A stretch of 64,000 bases of DNA, from NCBI GenBank assembly GCA_040954595.2, contig CM082577.2, positions 6,969,846 through 7,033,845 of the forward strand, read 5' to 3'. The position numbers were made by a program, and so were the translations under genes. Shown here in pieces: positions 1-14,937 of the stretch. The number at the start of each line of letters is the position of its first letter. Position 1 is the stretch's first letter. The notes beneath the pieces were generated by a model. The model searched no databases. It was not told where the DNA came from and saw only the letters and a list, made by a program, of their open reading frames with translations. This stretch comes from Balanoglossus misakiensis (Eukaryota > Animalia > Hemichordata).

Positions 1-3000
1 GCCATGAATAGTTGGTCGGGCGATCATAATTTCGCCGAACTGTCACGCCAAATTGTCGACAACAGTTTCTCCTGTGAAGGTTTGGGCGACATTGACGAGT
101 ACTATTAAACGAGAGTTATAAATGAACTGCAAACCGTAAACCGAAATTGCTGCTACTCAAACTCTAAACTTTCAAGGGTTAATTCGGGATCAGGCTTCGA
201 ACGAAATCCCTTTCAGATATTATATTTTTAACGTCCCCGCTGCCGCGCGAAGCAGCGAGAGAAATTGCAACAGAATCGTTTTAGCATTTACCGTGGGACG
301 GACCGCAGCCACGGAGGAGACATTAGCTTCAGCGAAATAAATAGTATTCCCACTTTCAACCTTTTGATGAAATGATAACCGCGCTCGGCACAATTCATTA
401 TGATTCATTGAAGTCAACCACAGCACAGACGTGTGCGTACGACACCCGCAGAAGGTAATGGCCACCTCGGGCGCTCCGGGCCGATAATGGCACAGCGAAT
501 TGGATCATGTGCCAGGATGCCCGGGGAGCCTCATTCGTTAGCTCCGAAAGCGGGTCGTCTGAGACTCTCCCCGGGCCAGCGAAGCAGTGATTCCTTGAGA
601 TTTTCCCTGTGGTTGCCGCCGTCGTCGTCGTGTGCACAGTACAGGGCGTAATTGTCTGTTCATTACGCGTCTGAAGATCCTGTGAAACATAATTGCTATT
701 AAAGTTACCTCTTGTACAACCAGGAAGAAGAAAATTATTTGTTCCTTTTTGGTAAAGGAACAGAGACGGCAAGCGAATTTCTTTTACTGACAACTGAAAT
801 TCCGCCGCAATAATTCCATTACACAGAAAATTATGTAAAATTACAGAAATACCAGTAGGCACGTGGTATTGAAACTATATAGTTTTCCGCAGATTTACTT
901 CGTAAGGAAGAAAATATGACAACTAACTGAGAGTTGTCACAATTCAAGCATTTAATTTGGAGGGGGAATACAGAACACCAGCACAGACAGAATTTAAATG
1001 ACGTGGTATTTTAAATTTTAAAAAGTCAAGTTCAAAAGAAGTATAAAAGCGACGATTCCAGCATCTACTGGAATAACCTAAATAGTACGAAGAATCGTAA
1101 TCACAATTTTGCCTATGGACGATTCCATTATTCGTCTGAAATTTTGACAAATTTATGCGGCTGAATATCTAAAACAAGGTTAATTTCACTGCAGTGACTG
1201 ACGTCAAGGAAGGTTTGGGGATATAAAAGAAGGGCAATGAAACGGAGGCTACTCTTTGGCCCTTTCCCCGGGAAAATGAGTGTCTATAAAAAGCCCGGTT
1301 CCAATAATGCGACGACACGAGAGACCTTTGACCTCTCCTGTCGCGCAGTAAATGTCTCGTCTTGATGTATGACCGCAACTCTGACGACCGTGGGGGTTTC
1401 TCCTTGCCCCGAAGAAAAGCTTGTCCGTCTCCAACGACAACGGCCCCGATGTGACCGGTCCCGCCACATCGATCCCGCGCACCGCTGGCAAAACACGTCG
1501 GCTCCCCGAGACGCCTGCGAACTTAATCGACATTTGATGATGAATTCGCCGCGCGCCCGCCCCACGGATGACCGGGTTTTCCCATTTCGGAAGAAAACAC
1601 GACTCCGTCGCCGCGGCTTAAATCGTCATTTGTGACCGTCCACGGGGTAGGGAGAAATCGTAAATCATTAGCCGGAACGGCGGGGGGCACACCGACGTAA
1701 TTTAATCATGCACCTGCCATTCAACCTCTTGCTATGAAATATGGTTTGATTTTTAATAGGCAATTACAAAGATCGTCGTCTATGGACTACGACAGTACAT
1801 TTACAATTTCCCCAAAACTATCATTATGTCAATTTTAACCACAACGCCATTTTCCTCCCCCATTCTGGGAGAACGAATCACTCATTTCGAAAATCGAAAA
1901 CTGTATTACTTTACCCATTCACAACTGACGCCGAAAATGATGAATTTTATAGTGGGTTTTACTGCTGGTTAAATTTCATGAATTTCACCAAAAAAGACAA
2001 GACTAAGTATTCCCGAAATTGAGCAATTTCCAGTATTAATTTCATTTTTAAAGATTATTACATTTTCCCGGTATAATAGACCCCGGGGTAATTTAAAACT
2101 GACGATGTACTCATGATAACCGTCATTTTCTTCGGTTGGCGGTCCATATTTGGACGACACCATGTATATGATGTCAAAGGGGTGGTCGCACGGGTGAAAT
2201 TTTGATGTCTTCCGAAGGAATCACCGACCAATATGTGTATTTCATTATACCAAGAATGACAAAAACCTGTAATTTTCGTACCGTCACACCTAGTACATGC
2301 ACGAATGTTACTCTCTGTGTATTGACCCTTGTATTTTCTTAGAATGGCACAAACGGTGATTTGCTGGCAGTGACGCATGCGTATATATCCAGTCTTTGAT
2401 GAGACTCTAAAACTGTCGACTTTTGCCCGAAAGAGTCAATTGCGTGAATACGTTTGTGGCACTTGGGTCAGGACAAACTCGAAGTTATGTTCCGCCCTGC
2501 ATGGCCATTTTCTTTCAAACACACTATGATTTCAGTCACTGCGCTAATGGTGTGTGACAGAGCAGTGTGAGTTTGTCACGCGTGTCTCATGGGTGGTCCG
2601 TAATGGGACGAGTGCACATGGCATCAATATATTTATGCGACGCGTAAAAATATTTCATCGCTACTCATTTGTTTGATAAAAAATGATAATGAAAATTTAC
2701 TCGTCCATGTTGGGGAAAAGCTGAAGTGAGATTGCAGATCCAATAGGAATCGAGAGACCGATCAAAAGCGCACCCCTCGGAATTAAACAGACAGCATGAC
2801 ATGTACATTGTACTTTTATCTATCACCTCTTGTCGCACGAGCGCGAACACACACACACGCGATAGTTATGGCTGGCCCTATTTTACACAGAGAGTTTCTC
2901 ATAATATGCATGACCGTGTAATAACAACATAAATTATGCACTATGCACCCTATGAGCGGAACGCCTCAAATGGTTGGCGAGAAATTGAAATCAAAGAATC

Positions 3001-3896
3001 GAATTGAAAGAAAGAACAACACATTTTTCATTATTATTCTGCCTTGCAAGGACGCGCCTGTTGACAAACCAAGCAGTCACGACGATCAAGCACATCCCCG
3101 CCGTTCAATTGATTCTATGACCTTGGCCGTGCCGATAACACTCAATTTGGCGAAACCAAGTTCAGCAAAACAACCTGGTGATATTAAAGAACAAGCGAGT
3201 ATTGAAAAATTGAAATATATATGATGTTGTATAAAATTTCTGATCAGCACAATTTTTATGTGCAACATAATTGAGCGCTCAAGTGTGATTTACCCAGAAA
3301 AAAACCCGCCACAATTTAATTGTGCTAATTCCTAAGCAAAGCCCGTAGCACAAGGTGTGAAATTTGCAGTGACTGAATTAAGATGACGCTGGTTTGTTGT
3401 TTTGCCATATATGGGAAAGATGAATTATTGTGGCATTCTTCTAAAGCACGTCAAAAAAAGAAAAGAAAAACGAGCAAGATAGCGGGTCACACGAAAGACT
3501 ATATTCACCTGTCTGAGCGAGACGCCGGATATAGGTGTGCTAAAAATAGAATTTCATTGACGTCAAACCCGATACTCTGTGTATGTCTCTATGATAATTC
3601 GTCGTCGGGATTTTTTTTCTATTCTGGCATTTTTTCAACGCGCCAAACTATACCCGTAGTTATTATCATCGGTGGCAACAGAACCTGAACAAACTTCACA
3701 TTTTCCTAATCAAATCATATCAATCCAAATCAATGTTTTAATAATTGGAAAGTCGGTGGTGGTGGTGGTGGTGGTGATGCGGTGACCGTGAAACGGGTAC
3801 GTCTTCCAGACGATTATTTATGAAATGTTAAAAGATTCCATGATCAAGTTGGTGGCAGTTATTATCATTGATGGTTAATATAGAGTCTGTGCTCAA

Positions 3897-4023
3897 ACAT
3901 ACATGTACACATACATACATACATACATACATACATACATACATAGTACATACATACATACATACATACATACATACATACATACATACATACATACATA
4001 CATACATACATACATACATACAT

Positions 4024-4062
<39 letters not shown>
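3897..4062. repeat. (ACAT)n-(AGAC)n compound microsatellite
   Basis: Directly visible tandem repeat. Confidence 0.97.
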
Positions 4063-7000
4063 CGTGTGACACGGATACATATATCGGAAGAAACATTTCA
4101 AGTAACAGAAATAAAGACGCTTTAATATGGCTATTTTGTCAAGTGTATTACGTACAGCACATACACTATAGGTTTAGTTCAATCGATTTGATGATGCTAT
4201 TTATGTTGCGCTATTATTGCCTGTTAATAGTTTTGCAGGGTTCGTTTTACGACAGTTTCTTTCAAGTGTACTTTTAGACGTCTTTATACATTTCTCGTGA
4301 ATCAGTCAGACATGTATCGTATATACATATAACTTGGACGTCTGAAAATAACCGGCAAACCTCACGTACACAGAACGACCCTGTTAAATGAACATTTGTC
4401 ATACGAATATTAAATTTAGCCACAAAATTGTAAAAAAAACCACTTCTTTGCAAATAATTGTTATCAGGAAAGGAGCTATCGTTTTATTTTACTGCCTCGC
4501 CATTTTACGTGTATCAGTTAATATCCATAATCTCTCTAAGGTCATTATAGAACTTGCATCGTCGCACTTCAAAGTGCTTTAGTGTGATAGTCGAATTTCA
4601 GATTGGCGAAACTGAAAAGACGAGACGGAAAGCGTCGGTTTTTCAGATTAAGAATTAAGTTGAAGGTCTAATGTTGCCATATTTGACGAAAGGCAACGAG
4701 TTCCTGTAACCATGGCAGCAGTGTTCAATAACTACATGTAGTCTGCAGGAGCAAGGATGGTTCGAGATTTCAGTCGGGTATCCCGGCAACCTTTACGGTT
4801 TGTTTAATTGAATTGATTTTAAATGTAAGGCAAGTGCGTCATTATTATGCATAGTGAAGTATTGGAGACAGTATACACCGGATCCTTTTCTAAATTCCAT
4901 ATTAATTTCTAGTACGCGCCTGCCATGTGATAGATATCCGGTGAGCGTTTATTAGATTGTACGCCGATAGCGCTCGGAAGCATAAGGCTTTCATTGTGAC
5001 GGAATAAAACAACTGCAGCTTTTAACTATATTCCTTCCCTTTTCCTCGAAAGCACGTGTTCTGACATGTTCTCTTGCAAAATTCATCCGGCGAGACGTAT
5101 GGAGCTGTTGTCTGGAATTTCAGGGAAAACGTTTGTTCAGTTTAATGACTAAGTATATAGGTGACCCGTTCGCCGGTTTACACTATTCCGCTCTGATTGT
5201 TAATTGTAATTACACTTTGGTTATTTATTCAATTACGATACCGTGAACATTAACGAGACACCTGTGAATATGGAAACCTTATATTTCATTAGTAGAGAGA
5301 AAACGGGGAATGCGTGTGTGTGTTTGCGGAGATTATCGGCTTGTCTGACCCCTGTAGTGAAAAAGGCTGCCGATGTTTTTCCGAGACCTGACAATGTCGC
5401 TGACGGGCATCGTGATATGCTCGGCTACCTAAATTGACGGAGACGGGCAATGCGGGGAGACACAGTGTGTAGCCGAAATAATGAATGACACCTGAAGACA
5501 AAAAAATCTCGTTTATTTCGTCTTAAAGCCAGCAAATATGTTCTGACACATTTTCAGACAATCAAGTGTAATTTAAGAGCGCGCGCTAAGCCGATAAGTC
5601 ATCAATGCCACAGAGCGCGTTATGGACCGGAACGATATTTTGTTCTGAAAACAGGTTTATTAATCCGACGGGAGGTTGTTATATTTTTCCTCTCTCGAGC
5701 GCTCGCATTCACCCTCGCCGGTGATTTTTGAAGCAGTCTCGCAGGCAGTGTTGGTTTGTAGCGGCGCTTGCGGCGGAACGGGGAGGCTGAACACCCGGCG
5801 AGGAACGTCCATTCGGGATCACGTTGATCTCTTCCGTGCGAACTGAGGATGGAACTGATCCCTCTTGACGATTCCTTCAATCGATTCGAGTGTGGATGGA
5901 TGACGTCTGAGGCGTGGAAGGTGTACCAATTGACTTGATCCCCGGTTATTCCGCCCACTCATCCGTCATCACTTGCGGTCGCAGAGGCGGTTTGTGAACG
6001 GAATGAGGAATTCGCCATGTATGGAAGAAGAGGAAGAAAAGAAATTGCTGTCCGCATCCTTCGCGATGCGTGATGACGTGAATCCGATTCAAGCCGACGG
6101 CTTTTCCGTGATCTCGAAGTACGATCATTGCACTCTCGTGAGATTCGCCAAGTCATGGCAGAAATGAGCGATGGAGCCACTTAAAAAAATCACACTTTTT
6201 AAATTTCATTTGAGATACTCCTTTGTGGAAGAAAGTTGTGGACAAAATTTTAAATGTACAATGGTTGATTGAATAAATGAAACGAAAGAGTGAACCAACG
6301 GATGGATCAATGAATGAATGAATGAATGACGTTATACGTTATAACAATTATTCAGGTTATTACGTAACTATATCAGTTATCTGATCGTGTTACCGGTTTC
6401 TTTAAAATTACAAAACTGAATTTTAAGGCAGTAAATTTGAAAAAGGGTCAGTTTAGTGCCACACAATACACCATGAATGCTTTCGAATATAACTCGAGTA
6501 ATTAAGGATAAAAAGTATCACACACACACTGGTGTCAGATTGAATATAATATTTTAGTTTCTATTCGTTCATGCCATACCGCTCCGAGAGCCTCAGCAAG
6601 CACATAACGTCAATACGCCCTCGTCATATTGAGAAATTATCATATCAAAAGAACGGTAGCTGGCCATCTTCAACGCGCTTAAGGGCAACTGTAATTGGCA
6701 AAAATGTTGGAAACATTATATCAGAAATCACATCTACTGTTTCGATGACAACGAGGATGGCAACGTTATTTTATCCGCATCCAAGAGCATAATCCAAGTA
6801 TCAGTTTATTTCCTATGCGCCGTGGTAAAATCGTTACCACTTTTAATTTAAAGCGCAGCTTATGTGAACAAAAGCACGAAATTAAAATCCAATGCAATAG
6901 GTCGTTTCTCTGTTTAGCCCGCGTTGACTTTTTTTTTGAAGATGCGACGGCGCCATTGCTATAGAGAGATAAACATCGGTCAATAACTTCATTGTTGAAT

Positions 7001-7291
7001 CCTGTGATCAAATTAACGCTTTCAGAGATAGCTTTGCGCTATAGCCTGAATATCGTTGTAAAAGGATCACAACCTTGTCCTTTTTTCCCTTTTTAAACGA
7101 GTGGGGGTCGATCGTCATCCTCGTTTCCGTGGTAACGGACACCACGTTCTGCTGCCAAGCGCCGTCTGCTTTGCATATATCGTGGACAAGAAACTTGCTT
7201 CAATAATTTCGTGCTAGGGGTCTTGTTCCGAGCAGATATGTACAGGCAGACAAACACAGACAGGCAGACACACTGAGAGACACACAGACAG

Positions 7292-7431
<140 letters not shown>

Positions 7432-8020
7432 TAGAACGTGATTAGACTGAAGAGGTCAAGTTTCTGTTGGAGGTAATTGCACTTATAAGTATTTACAGAA
7501 ATCTGAACAACCGAGTGTATTATTATCAGGGTTCCAAGGGACAGAGTGGGAGCGAAAATTGAGCCTCAGAGAGTCTAAGATTTGTTTGCTTAATTTAAAA
7601 TATCGCAGAATATCACGATCTACCCGACCTCACGTGAAAAATAAAACGACAGAGAGAAAAAACGAAAACTGAACTTAAGAAGACCGAGCTATCTGTGCCT
7701 GGTTATTTTTTATTTACTAAGTGGCTTTGTGTTGTCTCATAAAATATGAACAGTAGAAGACTGCATATGATGGAAAAATCTAGTGCCGGCGTTATCAGGG
7801 GAATATATGTCACTGTAAATTTGCATTCGACGACAGAACATTAATGGCTGCATTAAAATTGTTCCCAGATCCGAACATTGAACCTACAGTACACACCTTT
7901 ATTAACTCGAATCATAGAAGTACCGTCTGTGCTCGAATAAACCACATTATTTTAATTTCACATTTATTTTATTCTATTTTATCTGTCATCCGATGGGCAT
8001 TATCCCAATTACCGCATGAG

Positions 8021-8170
8021 GTACCCAACCACTCCTTGGTAGAAGGGAGAAGCAATGAGAAGTATAGAGCCTAGCTCGAAGGCGCAACATCACGGCCATG
8101 TCTGAGTCTCGAAATCAAAATCCCTCTGACAGTGACCTCGTTACCTTCTCCACTGGACTACGATGCCCTC
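8021..8170 (-). mobile_element. tRNA-derived SINE relic (CORE-like central domain)
   Basis: Minus strand: A-box-like tagtccagtgg, B-box-like gatttcgagact, then gcgccttcgagctaggc...cattgcttctccc...gggtacc, resembling CORE-SINE bodies. Confidence 0.5.
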
Positions 8171-9949
8171 AATTGTGACCTCAGCTGTTAAATAAATCTA
8201 CCATTGACAAAATCTCTGTAATTTCAGGGACTCAGTAATTTCAGGGATGGATTTGTAACTCCTTCTATTAGCGTTCCTACGCTTGTTTCTCGGGCGGCGA
8301 AGATTCGCCCACAAAAGATTCAAAACACCCGCCCACAACGGAATCGTCAACCGTTGTTGACGTTGTCGCAGCGGGCCCGCCTACGCTTGGTCCCCTAACA
8401 AACAACTATTGGTGTTTATCAGAGAAAACGAGAGCGAACATTGCCGACAGAGAGTTTCTACTTATAACTGTCAGTGCGGAAAATAGGTCTCTGCACTCTG
8501 AAAGAGAGAACGAGATCTCCTTTGCTGCGTGATTGCAGATTGATATTGACAAAGAGACGACGAAATTTGCCAACAAAGAGAATTTGTCGTCGATGACGTC
8601 ACACCAGTTGCAACTGGTGTGCCACTAAACCTCAAGTTTCAAAATCAGCCAAGAACCTTTCTATCATGCGATATTTTTTTCTGAAGTAACATTTTTTTCA
8701 TTAAATCAATCGGAATGAAGACGAAACGTTATTTGAAAAGTCGTTTTAAAGGAGCGAATTCCCATAAGAGGGGGCTGAGAGAAAAAAAATTACATTCCAT
8801 ATATTAACTGAATAGTAATCGGGAGAAATTTGCTCGTATCTCTGTGCATTTCGAACGAGGATCCGTCGGGAAATTGCAACGAGCGCTCTGCGAGTTGTCA
8901 TGACAACGGAATTTGATTTATGAAGTCATTTGATGAACGCAGTTTGCATCGCGGCGGTCGTTCGATTTGAAATCGGAAGCGAAGTTCAAAATCAAATGAC
9001 GAGTGACTCGCGCGACATCTGAGGCAGCGTGAAACCGTCAGCCGAATCAAATAAATCAAATTCCCTTGCGATGCACGCGGGAATAAAGTTTCTTTTTATT
9101 TCAATTTCGTCGCTAAAATCAGAAATCCCGGCTTCTGGAAAAATATAATTGACGAGGCATGGTAAATTAGTTTCCATAATACGTCTACATACGGTGTCTC
9201 TTCAATAAGGATTTTTTTTATCCTTTTCACTTGAGCATTCGGAATCCGACGCACGAATTCAGATTAAATCGCCAGTCCGACTGGCATGCATGCATTCGAT
9301 TGTTAATACCGTGCTATTGGGTTACCCCCGAAGGGGGGCGGGGGAGGAGAATCCGCGTTTGGCGCGCGCGCGCGTGTTTGGAATGCTTGTTCATTTCTTT
9401 CAGTAGGGGAAGGTGGTGACGTCGAACACCGGATAAATATTCATATACCCAGCGAGTGACGTCACGCGACGTTGACGTGCGTCAAGTATGCCAATTTCAC
9501 GGTGTATCAGAGCGTTGACCTCCTACATTGTAATTATTCAAAAAAAAAGATGATCGCTCGCGTAATCTCTAAATCTTGCCTGTTCTTTTGTCGATCTAAT
9601 CCCTCCCACCCACTGGAGTCCAGCTAGTTTATTTGTCAGTTACCTCACAAAGACGGACTTTCTAGACTCCCAGTGTTTCTCTCTCTCTCTCGAAAGAGAG
9701 AGGGACGAGAAAATAAAAAGCGTTCTCATGATGCCATCCTTATAGCAGACAGCAGAGACCCTTTCAAAGTGAAACGCAATTACTTTCATTGACGTCACCG
9801 GGCGCTGGATGGCAAACCCTTTGCAACAATGAGCAGCATATTAATGGAATGTGTGTTCTGTTGCTTCATGCTGTTCACCAGTTGCTTTTGTTCTACGTGT
9901 AGGGATATATGCGTATATAAGGAGACATGCCGGATAATAGATGTATATT

Positions 9950-9953
<4 letters not shown>

Positions 9954-9998
<45 letters not shown>
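9954..9998. repeat. (GA)n microsatellite
   Basis: Directly visible. Confidence 0.95.
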
Positions 9999-10002
<4 letters not shown>

Positions 10003-13000
10003 AGGGAGGTCTAAAATAATACAAAATAAACTCGACAGCTTTCATTTTGCATTTTAAAATATTCAAAATAAGACTGCAGTCTGCTATTGCGTTTTCCCGC
10101 GGAATCCAGTCTTTCAATAATTCATCAACATTGTTACAGGTCTCCTTGATTGTATGCATGCATGGATGAAAGGTTGGGCAGCAGACCGAGCATACGATCT
10201 CGGTGGCGGAAATGACGTTTTTTTTCGCAATTGCCTCCATTGAAAGTACTCTGCTTTGGCATTTGTAATCAAGGTGAGATTGTGATCACCGAAATGTTAT
10301 CGTATGAAAAATCACAACAGATTGACACGAAGGACTGTGAATGGAAGTGGGCAAGTGGATAACTGTGGGGGCGCTGCGTCGTCGCATTTTTTGCCGGAGA
10401 GCTAAGACGTTTTCTATTTGGCATGTGTGTATTTTAGGTGTGTGGGTGAGCGGCAATGGTGATAGAACTCATAAGAAAGTAGACTCAGGTGTTGCAAGCG
10501 CCATATTCAATATCACTCAGCTCGGATTTCCTGTCAGAGAACGCTTCTCCATCATATTTCTTTTCTATTCCCAGAAGTACAATGGAAAACGGATTGAGCT
10601 GCACCTTGACAGAAGGGATTGCTCTTAGCAGGGTATCGCTTTTCCATGCAATGCAACTGTCTATATCTACGGAAGAGGAAATTGAGACGGTCACCCTGTA
10701 CCCTCGATGCAAATTATGTTTCTTCAAAACATCCAACAGACAACGCATTCATTTTCAGCCCACGATATTTACATTCACGAGATCCACTGCGCGCCACATG
10801 TGCCAATTTACGGCAACAAAATCAACGTAAAACGTAGACCCTGCTTGTCATAAATTGTCCGAGTCAAAACCACCCATGCAAACAGCTTTTGTTTTCTCTT
10901 TACCGCAAAAAATCGCGGTAATTATTTTCACATTTGAAACTAATGCATCAGCCAGAGACGGACATTGCTGTCAACGTTTTTTTCTCTCCTAAAAACAGAG
11001 TCTGGATTGATCCATGAATTAATTTCTTCCATTTATAGTTTACACACCATCCATCACAATAACGCAGGCACAGAATCCATTTCGCGCTATTTCCATTGAC
11101 TTTTGCCGCCCAAATCCGATTGGCTAGTTTCAATATTCTTGTGGTTCAATACAAAATCATCGCCCGTCGTGATCTGACCCCGTTTCTACTCTGCAGAAAG
11201 AGACGACTAGCCGCCGTGGGTAATTTCACGTGCCCGACATCCCCGAAGGAAAGCGCGAAGGGCTGAAATGTCCTATATAAAGGAACAGATCGTGAAGGAT
11301 TAGGCGCACACTAACATGTCAGAGCAGAACTCGCTCACAAGGACTAGTGATGCGCTTGTACATGGCCTGTGAGACCGTTCACTGTGGGGTCACGCCACAC
11401 CACACCACACCACACCATACCACACCAATCTCGAGTTTTCTACAATCCTATCAAACTGTTATGTTGATATTTGCAATCGGATCTTTTCTGGGACAGTTTT
11501 CAAACACCTACTTTAAAACCTAAAATTTGCTCGCAAACGTGCCGAGACATGTCAAACAGTGATTATCATAAAACGGCTATACAGGGCATTGAATCATGAT
11601 TAGTACGATTGTCAACCAACTCAGGCTTGCTGCCTGGACAGTCTCCCGCTTTTGCTGCAGGGTATAAAAGCGAGACGACAAATCCAAAGCACTTCTTGTG
11701 CGATTCTTTCACCTGCGAGAGCTGGGGCCAGGGCAATGCAAGTCGAAGCGCCTCGGAAGGCCTACTCACTTATGCAGGGTAGAGTATTCATACACCTGTT
11801 TGAAAAGTGACTTGACAAAAAGGAACTAACCAATCCAGATCAACCTTACCACAAAGGAACTGACCAATCCAAATCAACCTTACAAAAAAGCAACAGCAAC
11901 TCTTGCCTTGAGTTGCTAAATCCTTGAAGGTTGGCTGTTCTTTATTTTATTAAGATAGTGGCAAACGACTTGGCTAGAAAACGATCCTCGCAAATTTGAA
12001 TATAAGAAAGAATCGACATATTTGAAATTAACACCTGCCGCCATATAAAGCACAACTGACAATGCCCGGATGTTGCAGTCAATAGTGGGGCCATTCACAA
12101 TGTCTGATTTATGCGCGGCGTCAAACCAGAGGAATTTCCATTCAGTAAATCAGATTGCAGTTAAATCCGACACAATGATGTGGGATTTGGGTCTTGAACG
12201 TCATTACTCCTCCGCAGAGTTTAATCACCGATCAATTTCAACGTTATCCGTCACAGATACGATCATTACCGGGCAACGCACCGTTAAGTTGGACCCGAAC
12301 CCACCACCCACCCTCATTAGCCATACATGACGACAAACCCCCGTTCACTCCGACAAAGCCCTTCTTCGAGTTGATAGCCACGTGATTTCATTGTGGAGGT
12401 GTGATACGCAGACTTGGGCTCTGAATCGACCAGCCACCCAAAGGGACATGAATTTGCCACACAATTCCTGTGAATCAACCTGTTATTTCTCGGTTGCAGT
12501 AGACATAGGTGGTGGTGGTGGTGGTGTGTGTGTGTGTGTGGGGGGGGGGTTCAGAATGCCACCTGGAAAGGGAAGGGGTGGTATGTTAAGGAGAATCTGA
12601 TAAAACGACGTTAACGCAACCTGTAGAGATTGCAGTGCAAATCGTTTTCAGAAGTGCTGTATACGCACTGAAAGCTTGACTTCCTTGTTTGTCGGTTCTA
12701 CGAGAATGAAAGTGATTTTTTTTTCACGGAGGATGATTTTTTACAGAAGTAAAAGTGGACACAATCCATCGCGACGGTAAGTTTGGTGACGTATCCGGAT
12801 TAATGTGACTATGTCATCGATTATTTATGTCTTAATTAACGGGTGACAGCTTTGAATGTTATCGCGATCAATCAAAGAAATGTGTAAAATACGAACACAC
12901 AATGCATTCTTAAACTGCATCATACATCATGTTGGAATTTTTTTACTCCGACGCCGCCAACTCATTGAGAGTTATCCCATTTCTCAATGAGCCTCTCATT

Positions 13001-14573
13001 TCCCTCATGGTTGTAAAGGCTGGAGAGAACAAACAATGTGCCCGTTTTGGGGAGGCGAGGCAAAGTAACAGAATTAGCGAGCAACTATTTTGCTAATCAG
13101 TGAAGTTTCACAATAATCCGTGACGCCTGTTGCCCAGTTACTGCATGTCACAGTATAGAAACACAGAAACGGTTTGTGTACAGATTGATTCGACTTCCGA
13201 CTGCAGAATGACAACAGTTCGCGCGCGTTCAACTGTTCAAAATTTTAAAAAAAATCGGAGGATTAAATATTCGTCCAGCCCGAGGTACAGTTTTGCATTA
13301 CACATTGTAATCTCGCGAGAACAGCACCACCGAAGTGTCTGTGCGCACTATTGTGAACGCGTTCGAGATCTTTATACTGCTCAGTGATATTCCTCAGGGC
13401 CTTTGCCGGTCGATTCGTTGGCCAATCATTGACCATTTATGAATGATTGAGATTATATAAGCGTTCAGAAGGAGTTTCACGATGAGTTTTTATAGCTAAT
13501 CATAAAATATAGCCAGTTATAGTACAGATCTGGATTTTTTACGGCACCTGGAATGTGTGACGATAAAGTGTGGCGTGTACGTTCTGTTCATCTTTGTTTG
13601 AAAATGTATAGGGGTCAGGACAACTTGAGGCAAGAAAGTCTAAAACGCTCTTTACTCGTTTATGTTCTTGGGTGACGAGACCAATTCGTAAAATATAATG
13701 GGCTTATTCGTTTCAAGAAAGTAAGTTGCGCTGAACTGTGTTCCCAAGAGCGAAATTTCAACGGCTCCGGCGATGAGGCCAGCTGAGAAGCGAACTGAAT
13801 GTCACGACATTGCAACGTGATAAGTATACCGTTATGTCAGCAATTTTGACTGACGGAGGAGACGTCATTCCGAGATGCCACCTGTGTCCGCCGGTCGTAT
13901 GTAGATGAAGCGCATCGCTGCACTGCGCCCAACGGCGGCGGAAATTCACGTGTGTCTGTATTTAGTCGGAAGTGCTGGAAATGGAGCGAGGCAGGTAATA
14001 CTAACATTCAATTTCGGTTCACAGTGTTCTTCATCTTCAACACTGTCGCGACACTTTCATAACATGTCGAAACGCGGCATCACGCCGTGACATCACATGG
14101 CACGAGATGACATGACATGATAACGATATAGTGTTCACGAATCGACGTACTGGACATATTTTATAATGTGAAAGGCGCGATAAGTTGTCGTTTGCCTTCG
14201 TGTCGTTTCAGTTATTTGCAATTCCCAATCAAGTCGATCTGTCAACTTGGTGTATCACAACCTATAACCTGATAATATCATCAGATGGCTTGCGCAGATG
14301 GGATCCTTGAATTACGTCATTAGTGTATAGCCTGTAGTCAAGAGGACCTCTAACCTTGTGTATTTAATTCATTGCTATCCCCAAATGCCACAATTCTGTG
14401 AAAATTGTCCCTAATTAAGTTAAAAAGGCATATAATAAATGCGAAGAGAATATCAGAGCTGTTTAACCGGCACTAATGCACCCAGTAATTGTAATTTTAA
14501 ACGATATTACATACCAGCAACTATATATGTGGCAATAATGTTAAATATATTAAACAGTTCTGCACGGAACAAG

Positions 14574-14750
14574 TCACTCACTCACTCACTCACTCACTTC
14601 ATTCATTCATTCATTCATTCATTCATTCATTCATTCATTCATTCATTCATTCATTCATTCATTCATTCATTCATTCGTTCCTTCCTTCATTCGTTCCTTC
14701 CTTCCTTCCTTCCTTCCTTCCTTCCTTCCTTCCTTCCTTCATTCATTCAC
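14574..14750. repeat. (CACT)n-(ATTC)n-(CCTT)n compound microsatellite
   Basis: Directly visible. Confidence 0.95.
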
Positions 14751-14778
14751 CAATTAACCGTTTCTTCATAATCTAATA

Positions 14779-14937
14779 CGGTCAAACCTGTGTTATTGGC
14801 CACCTCTATATAGTGGCCACTCTGTTACAGTCCCTGTGCCATTTACATGTGCATTACACGTGTTTGGCCTGTCTATAAAGGCCACCTGTCTATAAAGGAA
14901 AGTCTCTTGACTGGCCAATATACACAGACTTGCAGCG
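14779..14937. mobile_element. Degenerate copy of the same CAGTCAAACCTGT MITE family
   Basis: TA|CGGTCAAACCTGT start, internal ccacctgtctata repeats shared with the 38.2 kb copy, decayed right TIR. Confidence 0.6.

Noticed and set aside
3828-4277. ORFs such as MYVCMYVC/HTYIHTYI (also VCVC at 7.2 kb, poly-H/D/S/M at 44.7 kb, FIYL at 48.7 kb, HSFI at 14.6 and 60.6 kb)
   Set aside because: Translations of microsatellites, not proteins.
5849-5938. 29-aa small ORF MELIPLDDSFNRFECGWMTSEAWKVYQLT and overlapping ORFs at 5620-6180
   Set aside because: No recognisable motif or splice context; expected by chance in a GC-rich island.
11819-11884. Two ~33-bp tandem units (aaaggaact.accaatcca.atcaaccttac) suggesting a CRISPR-like array
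   Set aside because: Only two adjacent copies, no spacers, eukaryotic context; simple slippage duplication.
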